From assembly GCF_001194135.2 (NCBI RefSeq), contig NC_069000.1:42710876-42774875 (forward strand): a DNA stretch of 64,000 bases, read 5' to 3'. The stretch comes from Octopus bimaculoides. Lineage: Eukaryota. The notes under the pieces were generated by a model that was not told where the DNA came from, searched no databases, and was given only the letters and a program-made list of their open reading frames with translations. Position 1 is the first letter of the stretch; each line of letters begins with the position of its first letter. Shown one piece after another: positions 37,811-49,881 of this stretch. A program made the translations under genes and the position numbers.

Positions 37811-39057
37811 ATTTTTTCTTAAACCGGCAATTCTGTAGCGAATGGGCGCCCCCTCCATGGATTGAATATAAACGCTACAGCAACGAGGAAAGCGGCCTTA
37901 TGACGCTATGGATATCGAAGAGACTTTGATATCTTTTCTTTTTTATACATCTCTCACTCACTCACTCACTCACTCACATATTTATATCGTTGCTATTACG
38001 CAAAATTGTCGTCAGTCCAAAACGGAAATATAGTTTCAACATTCCGTTTCTTTTTACACTACCAACTGTTTCAGCAGTTTCTTTATTTTATTTATTTACT
38101 TATATTTATAATAATAAAATGGAATAATTTATAAAGCGTGCGTGTACATTTGTTGGCAAAATTACCCTCCCAATTTATCATAACTGCTAATATGTGTATT
38201 TTAAAAACATTTACTAATTTGTGGTATGTTTTTTTTAACGTATTATTTGGTGTTTTACTTGTATGTGCTATGTCTGCATCTTCAAAGAATAGACACCTTA
38301 TGTGATTTCTCATGTAATCAAAGATTTTAATAAACATTCTTGGATAATTGATTTCAGTTATTGCGAAATATTCGTCAACATCTCCAATACTAAACAGAAG
38401 ATGATTAAAATCATTTCAAACCATTGACATTTTTCTTTGCAGAGTTTCAAAAGATAAAGCCTGAATGCAATATCTGTTTAAATATTAAACGTTTAATGAT
38501 GTGTTTCTCTACCAGAAAAATTCATTTATTTTCGATTCTAATCCTCGAATATCGTTCATCTTCTGTTTTATATTTTATAATATTGGAGCTGTACGTGACA
38601 ATAGCTTCGCTGCTCTGTAAAATAAAATCTCCGGGCTAACCGAGTGATTATTTCAGATTCCCTGGCATAGCGTAGTTGATAAAAATGTTTGGACCGCTAT
38701 CGTTAGTATGTGCTTTCGAATCTTCGATGGTCTCCACTTTGTGTTCTTGCGCAAAGCACTTAAATTCAAGCTTGCATCTATCATTTCATTCAGCAATGAA
38801 CGAGTTCCAGCAATGGTTGGAGATTTAACTCTTCGATGCACTAACGTTCCGTTCAGGATGGGGTGGTCTTTTATTCTCACACGCTTAAACGTCACGGGAA
38901 CGGGACAAAACTCCGGCCGAATGGACCTGTACGCTCCAGACAGTATTTTTCATTACATTCATACGTATTTCTAACTTACCCAGCATGGCTACAGTCTCTG
39001 GTTGATATAACTCAAGCCATACAAGCGAGTACATTATTCATTCAATAATTATTCATT

Positions 39058-39200
39058 AAATCCGCCGAGGTCAACTTTACTTTTCGTCCTTTCGGACATC
39101 GATAAATTACGTACCAGTTGCGTATCGGGGTCGATCTAATCGACTGCCCCCCAACCCCGCCAAAAATTTCGGGTCTTGTGGCTAGTGTAGAGAAGAATAT
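39058..39200 (+). mobile_element. SINE family D, 3' part
   Basis: AAATCCGCCGAGGTCAACTTT...GGGGTCGATCTAATCGACT...AATTTCGGGTCTTGTG...GTAGAGAAGAAT. Confidence 0.85.
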
Positions 39201-39209
39201 TCATTCCTT

Positions 39210-39478
39210 ATATCCGCCGAGGTCTGTCCTTGTTTGTCCCCTCTACGTTTAGCCCCTTGTGGGCAATAAAGAAATAAGAACCATTAGTACGCCGGGCGAA
39301 ATACTTGGCGGTATTTCGTCTGTCTTTAAGTTCTCAGTTCAAATCCCGTCGAGGCCGACACTTACCTTTCATCCATTTCGGGTTCGATAAAATAAGTACT
39401 AGTCTATTTCACAAGGGTCGATGCAATCGGCTTAATTTCTCCCCCGAAATTACTGGCCCCGTTCCAAAATTTGAAACC
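39210..39478 (+). mobile_element. SINE family D variant, 5'-truncated, in tandem with the preceding copy
   Basis: TTAGTACGCCGGGCGAAAT...CTCAGTTCAAATCCCGTCGAGG...CCAAAATTTGAAACC. Confidence 0.8.
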
Positions 39479-39832
39479 GATATTTATTCATGAATCGTAT
39501 TTACTCATTAATCGTATTGAACGCCATCGCTTATAAGTTAATAATTTTACTTCTGAAGTATTCATGTCGGTGATTACATTTCACCCAATTTAAAACAGCG
39601 TCTCTCATCTCCAATTTATCTCAACAGTTTGTATATAACAAAACATTTATATTTCATTGACGCTGTTTGTAAAAGTCGTAGTTGGCAAAACTGCAAATTA
39701 ACAGTTACACGGTGAAAAAAGAAATATTACATTCACGCACCTCATTAAATATTTACAAAGTGTCACTCACTTCAAAGTTTCGCTTCAAAATTATAACAAG
39801 TTAAATATAGTTCCCATATATTAGTATCCGTT

Positions 39833-40180
39833 GTTTTACTTGCTTCAATCATTAGACTGCAGCCAGGCAGATGCACCGGCTTGAAGAATATTTAATCGAC
39901 ACCAGAACTTCAATTTATATGAGCCTGGCACTTATTCTATCAATCTATTTTGCCGAAACGCTAGGTTACGTGTTCACCATCAACACCAGTTGGCACATGC
40001 ACAGACAAAGGGAAACACACACACACACACACACACACATATTCGACGGTCTCTTTTTCACTGTCTGTCTACTAACAAGGAATTACTCGGCCCGAGATAC
40101 TTGACCACGACGCAACGCAGTGTGAGTGAACCTGGAATCATGTGGTTGAGAAACAAACTTCTTACCACACAGCCATACCT
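39833..40180 (-). mobile_element. Diverged SINE family A, full length
   Basis: Starts GTTTTACTTGCTTCAATCAT (tail) and ends CTTACCACACAGCCATACC (head) on the plus strand. Confidence 0.8.
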
Positions 40181-40190
40181 CATAATCCTG

Positions 40191-40300
40191 GCATTCAGTC
40201 GGTTACAACGACGAGGGTTCCAGTTGATCCCATCAACGGAACAGTCTGCTCGTGAAATTAACTTGCAAGTGGCTGAGCACACCACAGACACGTGTACCCA
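40191..40300 (-). mobile_element. SINE family B/C shared 3' tail fragment
   Basis: GTCGGTTACAACGACGAGGGTTCCAGTTGATCC...GACACGTGTACCC matches 42316-42428 and 44428-44540. Confidence 0.85.
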
Positions 40301-40480
40301 CTAGGTGGCCATCCAATATGCTAAATATAGACCCCATATGGTCTGACCGCTAAGAAAAAATCGTTCTCAAATTTATATATATCTATGCTCATACAACCTT
40401 ATGATATCAAGTTATATAATATATATTATATAGCATATATATCTATGCATTCATGCACTCTCTCATACACGCATATATAA

Positions 40481-40555
<75 letters not shown>

Positions 40556-41362
40556 TCNNNNNNNNNNNNNNNNNNNNNNNNNNNNNNNNNNNNNNNNNNN
40601 NNNNNNNNNNNNNNNNNNNNNNNNNNNNNNNNNNNNNNNNNNNNNNNNNNNNNNNNNNNNNNNNNNNNNNNNNNNNNNNNNNNNNNNNNNNNNNNNNNNN
40701 NNNNNNNNNNNNNNNNNNNNNNNNNNNNNNNNNNNNNNNNNNNNNNNNNNNNNNNNNNNNNNNNNNNNNNNNNNNNNNNNNNNNNNNNNNNNNNNNNNNN
40801 NNNNNNNNNNNNNNNNNNNNNNNNNNNNNNNNNNNNNNNNNNNNNNNNNNNNNNNNNNNNNNNNNNNNNNNNNNNNNNNNNNNNNNNNNNNNNNNNNNNN
40901 NNNNNNNNNNNNNNNNNNNNNNNNNNNNNNTTCTCTCTCTCCTTCTCCCCCCTCTCTCTCTCCTTCTCCCCCCTCTCTCTCTCCCACACAAACACACACA
41001 TACACGACATTCCTCTCTTCACAGAGTAAGTGTCATTTTGATCTCACGCCAAGTTCGCTTTTTCGAACTGTGGTCAAAAAAAAAATTATTGTTTGACGTA
41101 TAGAGACAAGTTTCCAATACAATATTAATGATGGCAGAAGTTGATTTGAAAGACGGAATAGATTCGTCGATAATCACCAATAATGAAGAAGCAAGAGGAC
41201 TGGCTAAAACCGGACTCTCTTCAATATCTGGTTAATCGAAGTACATCAGCTGTATTCAGTGAAAGGCTGGCGATAAATTTGTACATATCTTTGTGTTCGT
41301 ACTGTAACACGAATATGTGCATGCATACATACATACACACACACACAGAGGTACATACATAT

Positions 41363-41405
<43 letters not shown>

Positions 41406-41730
41406 NNNNNNNNNNNNNNNNNNNNNNNNNNNNNNNNNNNNNNNNNNNNNNNNNNNNNNNNNNNNNNNNNNNNNNNNNNNNNNNNNNNNNNNNNNNNNNN
41501 NNNNNNNNNNNNNNNNNNNNNNNNNNNNNNNNNNNNNNNNNNNNNNNNNNNNNNNNNNNNNNNNNNNNNNNNNNNNNNNNNNNNNNNNNNNNNNNNNNNN
41601 NNNNNNNNNNNNNNNNNNNNNNNNNNNNNNNNNNNNNNNNNNNNNNNNNNNNNNNNNNNNNNNNNNNNNNNNNNNNNNNNNNNNNNNNNNNNNNNNNNNN
41701 NNNNNNNNNNNNNNNNNNNNNNNNNNNNNN

Positions 41731-41975
41731 CCAAATCATCTAACCACGTCTTGTTCAATTTTACAGTCTGACATTTTTGCTGAAATCTTTTCTTGGGAAC
41801 ATACTCTTAGTGGTTAGGTGATTTTGCTTCTATTTCTTGCATATAGGAGTCCACTTTGGTGGTCATTCCTCTAAATTTTGTATGTAATATAATTTTAATC
41901 TTCGAATTTTTTTAAAATATGCTAGGTCACTGGTTTTAATTGATTAATATCAATTTCTACCCTCATTATAAAATT
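41731..41975. mobile_element. Fold-back element, copy 2 (left arm lost in gap 41406-41730)
   Basis: Diverged spacer and full right arm (GTTAGGTGATT...GGAGTCCACTTT...GATTAATATCAATTTCTACC) match the reverse complement of 5008-5168; ends in (TA)n. Confidence 0.8.
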
Positions 41976-42315
41976 ATATATATACAGATATATATATTTA
42001 AACACACACACACACACTCACCACTTATATATTTATATACATACATGCGGTCGCGGTGGTTATCGTGGGTGTTAATCTAACGAATTATGACAATTTGACA
42101 TCAATGTTCTACATATAGATTGACGGTCTTAGTCTATAATTGACATTACGATGAAGACATATTGCCAAAGATGTGCGAAATCAGTTAAGTTTGAGATATT
42201 TTAGTATAATTTAAGATAATATCAATGGAATTATATTTAGCTTCGAATATGAATTTAAATTTATATTAAATATAATGTATAAATACATATATTACTTACA
42301 TATGTATGTACATCT

Positions 42316-42696
42316 TGGTACTCCGTCGGCTACGACGACTAGGGTTCCAGTTGATCTGATTAACAGAACAGCCCGCTCGTGAAATTAACGTGCAAGTGGC
42401 TGAGTACTCCATAGACACGTGTACCCTTCATGTAGTTCTCAGGGAGATTCAGCGTGACACAGAGTGTGACAATGCTGGCCCTTTGAAATACAGGCACAAC
42501 AGAAACAGGAAGTAAGAGTGAGAGAAAGTTGTGGTGAAAGTGTACTGAAGGGTTCGCCACCAATCCTTGTCGGAGCTTCGTGGAGCATTAGGTGTTTTCG
42601 GTCAATAAACACTCACAATGCCCGGTCTGGGAATCGAAACCGTGAACCAATGATTGTGAGTCAGCTGCCCTAACCACTGGACCATTGCGCCTCCAC
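42316..42696 (-). mobile_element. tRNA-derived SINE family B, full length
   Basis: Minus-strand head GTGGAGGCGCAATGGTCCAGTGG...GGTTTCGATTCCCAGACC has A- and B-box-like motifs; tail shared with family C. Confidence 0.9.
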
Positions 42697-42844
42697 AGTT
42701 TGTGCATACCTATATGTATATTGCAACACGGAAAACAGGCATGCTCGCGAGAACACCCCACCACACGCACACAAGTGTGTATATCCATATTTATATATAT
42801 GGGTGTTTATATATGTACATATGTATATACTTATATACGTATAA

Positions 42845-42880
<36 letters not shown>

Positions 42881-43159
42881 CTTTCGTTTCAATCATTAGA
42901 CATATGTGTTCGTGTTTGTGCCTGCCTGTTTGTATATGTGTGTATATGTGTGTGTTGACAACCGGTGTAGTCCCCAAAAGCAAAAGATAAATCGATTGAT
43001 ATATACGATAAAGTTTGAACCAACACATACGAAGGAATACATTTATCTCGGTGAGATACGAACACGGAGCGCAAAATATCTGAACAAATATCGCTTAGTT
43101 CCTTGAAATGATAAATAAGTTTTGGATATAAACATAAAAGAAAGAATTATAATCTAGGC

Positions 43160-43620
43160 CAGTGTCTATTAGAAGAAAGTTATTCCAAGAAACGCGTCCA
43201 CCTCGTTCCTTTCCTTTTGTTACGACTAATTTGTTTGATCTGAGCGGAATGAAACACAAATTCTACGAGGTAACAAGTATCCATGTTTTATATATAGACG
43301 ACGTCACTTTGTAAGAAGCAGATTATAACTTCAACACACCTACATATAGTACATGGATTTTCGAGAAGAATTGTTATGGGAATCGGATTAGAAACATTAT
43401 CCAAGATAACTGATCAGTGCAAAATTAATTAAGGACACTAGTTTTATGTTTGATGAAAAAAAGAAGAGTGAGACAAGATGTCAACCAATTACAGATTTGA
43501 ATATATTTTGGATTTAACGAAGCAGATTCCCCAGCTTGAAAGAAAGGTATTAGCAATGAATATTATCGGCGCATGAGATTGATATACATATCAATCAGAA
43601 AGACGAAGAGAACTGGTTTC
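43160..43620 (+). pseudogene. Decayed R4/Dong-like LINE reverse-transcriptase fragment
   Basis: One frame with stops reads IRRKLFQE...SIHVLYIDDVTL*...IYFGFNEADS...GISNEYYRRMRLI. This parallels the R4/Dong motifs IRRGIFQGD, HLLYMDDLKL (YxDD), YLGI.E and KEYYRR at the expected spacing. Confidence 0.7.
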
Positions 43621-43941
43621 TTAATCGGTCAGAATGGCCTTGTGGGCTGAAATACAGACCTGGAAACAAAAGAACGATCCAGGTTCAATTCCCACTGGAG
43701 AAAGGATTTTGGAAAGCAGCAGCCGGGAATCTAGGAGTCGTGACCTGGGTGGGGCCGGCTCCCGTAGAATATCACGTAAAAGGGTCGAAACACTTGGCGG
43801 ATGGAAGTTCTTTCTCTAAAGATTTCTTTTGCTGTTCAAGTCGCCTTGCTGCGAGATTCTGTTATTTTTTTATATATATTTTTTCAACACGAGCTATATG
43901 CCAAGAGAGAAGAAATAATATAACATAAAGTAAGATAATAC

Positions 43942-44153
43942 TAGTTTCAAATTTTGATACCATGCCAGTAATTTCGAGGGCGGCACTAAGTCGATAACTT
44001 CGAGCTCAGTGCTTGACTGGTTCTTTATCGATCCAAAAAGATGGGGAAGAAACTCAAAGTGGGCGGTATTTGATCTCACAGCGTAAAAACGGACGCAATG
44101 TCTGTAAGCAGTTTGTCCAACCGGCTAACGATTCGGCCAGATCACCGCCTTAA
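43942..44153 (-). mobile_element. Diverged SINE family D, full length
   Basis: Minus-strand head TTAAGGCGGTGATCTGGCCGAATCGTTAG and tail ...CAAAATTTGAAACTA; a second tail fragment lies at about 44166-44220. Confidence 0.75.
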
Positions 44154-44270
44154 AGGGAGATAATATTAGCTTCAAATTTTGACCTAAGGCCAGCAATTTC
44201 GAAAGAGGGCTCAAGTCGATTGCTCAAAAATGTAACATACAGTCCGGTCTGGGAATCGAACTCACAACGA

Positions 44271-44417
44271 CAGGGTTCGCCACAACCTCCTGCTGGAGCC
44301 TTGTGGAACTTTTAGATGTTTTTCGCTCAATAAACACTCACAACGCCCGGTCTGGGAATCGAAACTGTGATCCTACGAACGCGAGTCCGCTGCCCGAACC
44401 ACTGGGCCATTGCGCCT
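44271..44417 (-). mobile_element. SINE family B, 5' half
   Basis: Colinear with 42548-42696, including the tRNA-like head (AGGCGCAATGGCCCAGTGG, GTTTCGATTCCCAG). Confidence 0.9.
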
Positions 44418-44427
44418 TAACAAAGGA

Positions 44428-44751
44428 GCACTTTCGTCGGTTACGACGGTGAGGGTTCCAGTTGATCCGTTCAAATCAACAACTTGCTCGTGTAATTACC
44501 GTGCAAGTGGCTGGATACACCACAGAAATGCGTACCCTTAACGTAGTTCTCACGGAAATTCAGCCCGACACAGAGTGTGATAGGGCCGGCCCTTTGAAAT
44601 ACAGGTACAACTCATTTTTGGCAGCTGAGTGGACTGGAGCATTCGGATAATAAAGTGTCTTGCTCAAGGACATAATGCGTCGCCGTGAATTGAACTCACG
44701 ACCTTACGATCATTAGTCGAATGCCCTAACCACTAAGCCACGCCCCTGCAC
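44428..44751 (-). mobile_element. tRNA-derived SINE family C, full length
   Basis: Minus-strand head GCGTGGCTTAGTGG...GAGTTCAATTC, core TCCTTGAGCAAGACAC, tail shared with family B. Confidence 0.9.
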
Positions 44752-45897
44752 GATGAGATTTTTAAGTTGAAAACACACATTGGATATTGTATAAATTTGA
44801 AAAGGCGACAATATATCTCATGTCTGTGCTTATTGATTGAATCAGCTGTTTGTATTTATTTCGTCGTTGTTGTTGTTGTTAGCATTGTGGTTCTTATTGT
44901 TATTCATGCTATAACACAATGAAATGGTGAAATTTAATTCGGTAACCTGGCACATTTCCAACAGCTTTTGATTGACGAAAACAGAACTTTTTATTCGCTG
45001 TCAGTTTTAGTTCTATGTTGAGATTGCGCGTTTGTTTTACTGTGTTAGTACGTGTGCGCGTATGAGTGTGAGTGAGTGAGTGAGTGAGTGAGTGTGTATA
45101 AACGTATGCTTCTGTGTGTGTATTTGTGTGTGCATAATTGCATATTTATGTGCCTTTGCAAGCGTCTGCATGCAAGATAGCTTGGCGCAAATACACGATT
45201 TCGGAAAATTATATCAACACACACACACACACCCTCTCTTTCTTTCCTACGGACAGTGAGAAAATAGGGAAAAGAAAAAAGGGAAGAAATATATTAGCAA
45301 TTGATGGAGATAGATAGATATATAGACAGAGATAAATAGATGAATAGATAGACACATTGATATATAAACGGGCGATGAGTTTGATAGATAGATAGATAAA
45401 TACAAGTAAAGGATCTATCTATCCAGAGAGAGAGAGAGAGAGAGAGAGAATGATGCAGACACAGTTCGATAATCATACATGAGATGTATCGTTTCCTATA
45501 TATATATCCATATATATATATATATATATATAGGGAGAGACAGGGAGGCAATTATATATATATATATATATATATATAGCTAGATAGATAAATGTATGTA
45601 AGGTGCCCTAGCATGACCACAGCCCTAGGGTTGAAACGTATAAAAGGCTATATATAAATGTATATGTATGTATCTATNNNNNNNNNNNNNNNNNNNNNNN
45701 NNNNNNNNNNNNNNNNNNNNNNNNNNNNNNNNNNNNNNNNNNNNNNNNNNNNNNNNNNNNNNNNNNNNNNNNNNNNNNNNNNNNNNNNNNNNNNNNNNNN
45801 NNNNNNNNNNNNNNNNNNNNNNNNNNNNNNNNNNNNNNNNNNNNNNNNNNNNNNNNNNNNNNNNNNNNNNNNNNNNNNNNNNNNNNNNNNNNNNNNN

Positions 45898-45955
<58 letters not shown>

Positions 45956-46599
45956 CAGTGGAATAAATTGTGAGAGATTTCGATAAACAAGTAGGCATAT
46001 AGGATAATCGATTGATTATATAGAATAAGTCACTAACCTATAGATATGGAAGTATATCTATTTTAATACCCCTGATCTGATACCAATAAAAATTTAGTTG
46101 TGGCGCTAGAATTAACGATTTTCCATTCTTACAAATATAAGACAGTTTGGGGGTTATTTTTTAATTTTCTTTTCATTTTTTTTTTGTTATTAAACGTACA
46201 TACTCGACCGCAGTATCAATTTGGCTTTAATCCATCTTATGCCTGTGGCAAAACAATATATTAATTAGAAATTTATTCGGTGAATATTGCAGTTTGCTAA
46301 ATGGTACAAAGGAATAACAAACTAGTGTGTGAATATTCCTATAACAAATACAATCATTACAAGTCTTTGAAAAAAAATGACGTTTGTAGTTCTTGGAGTT
46401 TTCCATGAAAAATATATTTTCGTAGCGGCAAAATAATGTTTCCGTTCTTTTTACGGATTCTCTAGGTTTCCGACTTTCTTTCTTTCTTTCTTGCTTTCTT
46501 TCTCTCTTTCCTGCTACATTCCTGTCTTCCTTCCTGCTTTCCTTCTTTCTTTCCCTACCAAAGAGGAATGTATCTGTTCTCATGCCTTTCAACCTTGTT

Positions 46600-46830
46600 C
46601 ACCAAACCACCTGTTTTTTCGCCACAACCACCAGGCAAAGGAAAACTTCCTGTTCTACCCGACTGAAGGAGGACGGGACGATCCTCACCACAGACTCGGC
46701 CGACAGACGGATCCGTTCCACACGTGACAACAGCTGTCCGACATAACCTCACCAGTCATCATTGCCCGGACGCTGAACGAGGGCACGCGAAACAGTTTTG
46801 TTACTCTGCGCGCACCTTGGACAAGCCCCA
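46600..46830 (+). mobile_element. GC/CpG-rich fragment, possibly from a LINE
   Basis: Abrupt compositional island with broken reading frames (ENFLFYPTEGG / SDITSPVIIARTLNEGTRNSF); no diagnostic motif. Confidence 0.25.
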
Positions 46831-46844
46831 AAATAATAATAATA

Positions 46845-47145
46845 ATGCTCCGATGCTGAACCAGGCACTGGCTCTCGTGGCTTCTGATCTTAACTGATTG
46901 GAAGTGTTGTCATGTACATTGTTTTGTGTTGGTATAAAAGATGGGCTACAGCAAATATTCTGCTTAATACCACAGATTTGCTTGTTTGTTGTTTAACCTT
47001 AACCAGTTGAGCATGCTCTTTGATGGCTGACGGCATGTGCATCTCTGAGAGCATCATAGCCATGTGTTGAGATGAATTCTTTGGAGTTTGGATAATTCAC
47101 TTCTGGAAACATGGGTGTTTTGTTCACATCCTTAAACAGCCCTAT
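46845..47145. mobile_element. Interspersed repeat, copy 2 (same family as 781-950)
   Basis: Colinear with 781-950 and flanked by short (AAT)n on both sides. Confidence 0.8.
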
Positions 47146-47486
47146 ACAATAATAATAATAAGAAGAAGAATGATAATAATGGTTATTATTATATCAAATA
47201 GCAATAATTGTATTACTGTTGTTCTATCCAAACCAGAAACCCTTATTACGTTATGACGACATTGTTTTCCTCAAGATACGAAAAATCTGAAATATCAACC
47301 ATTTTGTCTGGAACGGTTTAAACGCAATAAAAGCTTCGCGCTGTAGCAGCCATGAGAGTCACTGATGCCATCGTCCAGAGATGTCTGCTTATAACATACG
47401 TATTATGAATCAATTGAATGCTTGTGATGTCCATGTATAGTTGCACCTATGTATGTATATGCATGTATTATATCTGTGCGTGTGTA

Positions 47487-47568
<82 letters not shown>

Positions 47569-48020
47569 CATATATATATACATACATATATATATACATA
47601 CATATATATATACATACATATATATATACATACATATATATATACATACATATATATATATATATACATATACATACATATGCACATATATACGTGTGTA
47701 TATAAATCTGTCCATCAATGTGATTATCATTATTTAGTGCGGCAATTAGGTATGTGTGCTTGTTTCGCTGTGTGTGTCTGTGTGTCTTTGTGTGCGCGGC
47801 TGTGTGTGTGGCTGTATGTGTATCTTTGTGAGTTTGTGCGCGCGCGCGTACGACTACAGTACCAAATATTGACAATAATGATGATAATGATGATGATGAT
47901 AATGAGGAAAAGGAGGCATCGGAAGGAAGTATTGATGTTGATAGTGATGAAATAATAAAAGTGTAAACGAAAATAGCAGCGACAATAAAGACGTATTAAT
48001 GACAGTATTTATAATGCCTT

Positions 48021-48062
<42 letters not shown>

Positions 48063-48064
48063 GC

Positions 48065-48140
<76 letters not shown>

Positions 48141-48432
48141 TTATTATATATAACCATACAGTCATATATACCGTTATATATATCAACGCGTACGCACACA
48201 CTGTGTGTGTTTATGAGCGTTAGATATCTGTCGATAATGGAGTAGTGAATCACTGGGCCATTACAGGAAAAGTTGCGGAACGTCTTCTACATACAGAGTT
48301 AATATTTGCATTGTGGAAGAGGGGATGCCGTTAGAATTGTAAAGTTCTGTTACTTCTTTAAAGAAATAGAAAGCTGTCCCAGAGGAATTATACAATCGTA
48401 AAGCCATCACTTGATTCATAAAAAAGTATTTA

Positions 48433-48612
48433 TACGAGGCGGTTGCTGACATGTTCCCGGTTTTACGCGAGCCCAATCTTTCCGGTTCTTTCAATAAAGG
48501 AGCGCTGCAATAAGTGTGTGAATCTTAGGAGATAAGCTTAATAAAATCCCATTTAACTGATCGACCTGTATTTTCTTTCACCCAAAATCAGGGACTTATC
48601 AGCATCTTCTAG
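48433..48612 (+). mobile_element. Internally deleted mariner (about 180-bp MITE)
   Basis: Left TA-CGAGGCGGTTGCTGACATGTTCCCGG and right CAGGGACTTATCAGCATCTTCTAG form imperfect TIRs; interior CGCTGCAATAAGTGTGTGAATCTTAGG encodes RCNKCVNLR, the transposase C-terminal (W.KC....G.Y) motif. Confidence 0.7.
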
Positions 48613-49632
48613 ATCAGTCTTTATGAAAAAGGGGCTAATGATGCATACAATGTCAAGATGCATAAGTACAATTAATTAAAGGAAATATAGCTAGCAAGAA
48701 GGCACTCGGTATCACACAGTGAGGTTCAACCATTTTCTGCGTAAGGACCTCTTTGATATTCCATAACCATTCCATGTACATAAAAAATCCTACTGTATTG
48801 TAGAAATATAAGCGATCTATTGCAACTATATATATCTACGAATATATTGTCCCACAATTTGTTCGAGTGTTAAGATGCAGGGGTGTGTTTGAAGTCGATA
48901 TTAGCTTCTAGTGTTAGATAGAAACAGCCTCAACAACCCAGATGTCCGTCATTGATTCAGGTTGTTACAGTTGGTGGTGCTGGTATTGGTGGTTTTGGTG
49001 ATGGTGATGGCGGTGGTGGTAGTGTTGTTGTTGTTGTATTAAATGATGAAGTTTAATTCAGAGAACTGGCTCGTTCCCAACAGCTTGCCATTGATTCAAA
49101 TACGACTTTCTATCCGCTGTCAACTCTGGGTTTCTATAAATGGTTAATTCTGCGGTTGTTTTTGTGTCTGAATTTAATCGTCTATGTATGAATGTACATA
49201 GGTATGCATATAAATGCCTGTGTAGGTAAGTGCAAGTGAGAGTCAGTGTATGAATGTATCTGTGTCTGTGTGTGCGTGTGTGTGTGTGTGAGAGAAAGAG
49301 AGAGAGAGAGAGAGAGATGAGAGAGATTGATTATTTGCTGAAGTGTTTTGCACGGGTTTATGTGTAAGTTTGCTTGGTGAGAACACGATTTTCCAAAATT
49401 ATATCCGTGCCTCCACACGAACACACATACAGACTCCTACAGATGCACACAAGCACAAACACTCTCTCACCTGCACAAATATGTACATTATGTAAGCAAA
49501 GCAAAAGAGTGTGTGTGTATGTGTGTATATACATCCAAACGCGCACACATGCACACACGTGTATATGTATTCATAATTATGTATGCCTATCTAACGCACA
49601 CACATAATTACATATCCGTAATATACATACAT

Positions 49633-49669
<37 letters not shown>

Positions 49670-49832
49670 CCGGAGTAAGCACATAAATGAGAAACAAGAT
49701 TGGAAAAAAGAGTACTCAAATACCAGAGGTAGAGTAATATGCTTTACAGAAAAGCAGCAGAAACTGTCTGACGAACGGGACGTGAAACTCTGAGTAACAG
49801 TTTTTGTGATACTTCAACTGCTTTTCATTATA
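49670..49832 (+). mobile_element. Short non-coding element in (TA)n carrying a hammerhead (PLE pLTR-like or retrozyme-like)
   Basis: About 160 bp of unique sequence (CCGGAGTAAGCAC...CTTTTCATTA) with microsatellite on both sides; contains the ribozyme at 49761-49803. Confidence 0.65.
49761..49803 (+). ncRNA. Minimal type-I hammerhead ribozyme, core intact
   Basis: AAACTGT-CTGACGA-ACG-GGA-CGT-GAAA-CTC-T-GAG-TA-ACAGTTT: perfect 7-bp stem I, CUGANGA and GAAA cores, 3-bp stem II, near-palindromic stem III, GUA site (predicted cleavage after 49796). Confidence 0.88.

Positions 49833-49881
<49 letters not shown>

Noticed and set aside
42620-44751. tRNA-like sequences at SINE heads (also 13058, 20616, 43633 and a lone B-box at about 18237-18251)
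   Set aside because: They lack a complete cloverleaf and run into SINE bodies, so they are not tRNA genes.
46770-46810. CTGAACGA...GAAACAG...TGTTA hammerhead-like string
   Set aside because: Core spacing is wrong and neither stem I nor stem II pairs.
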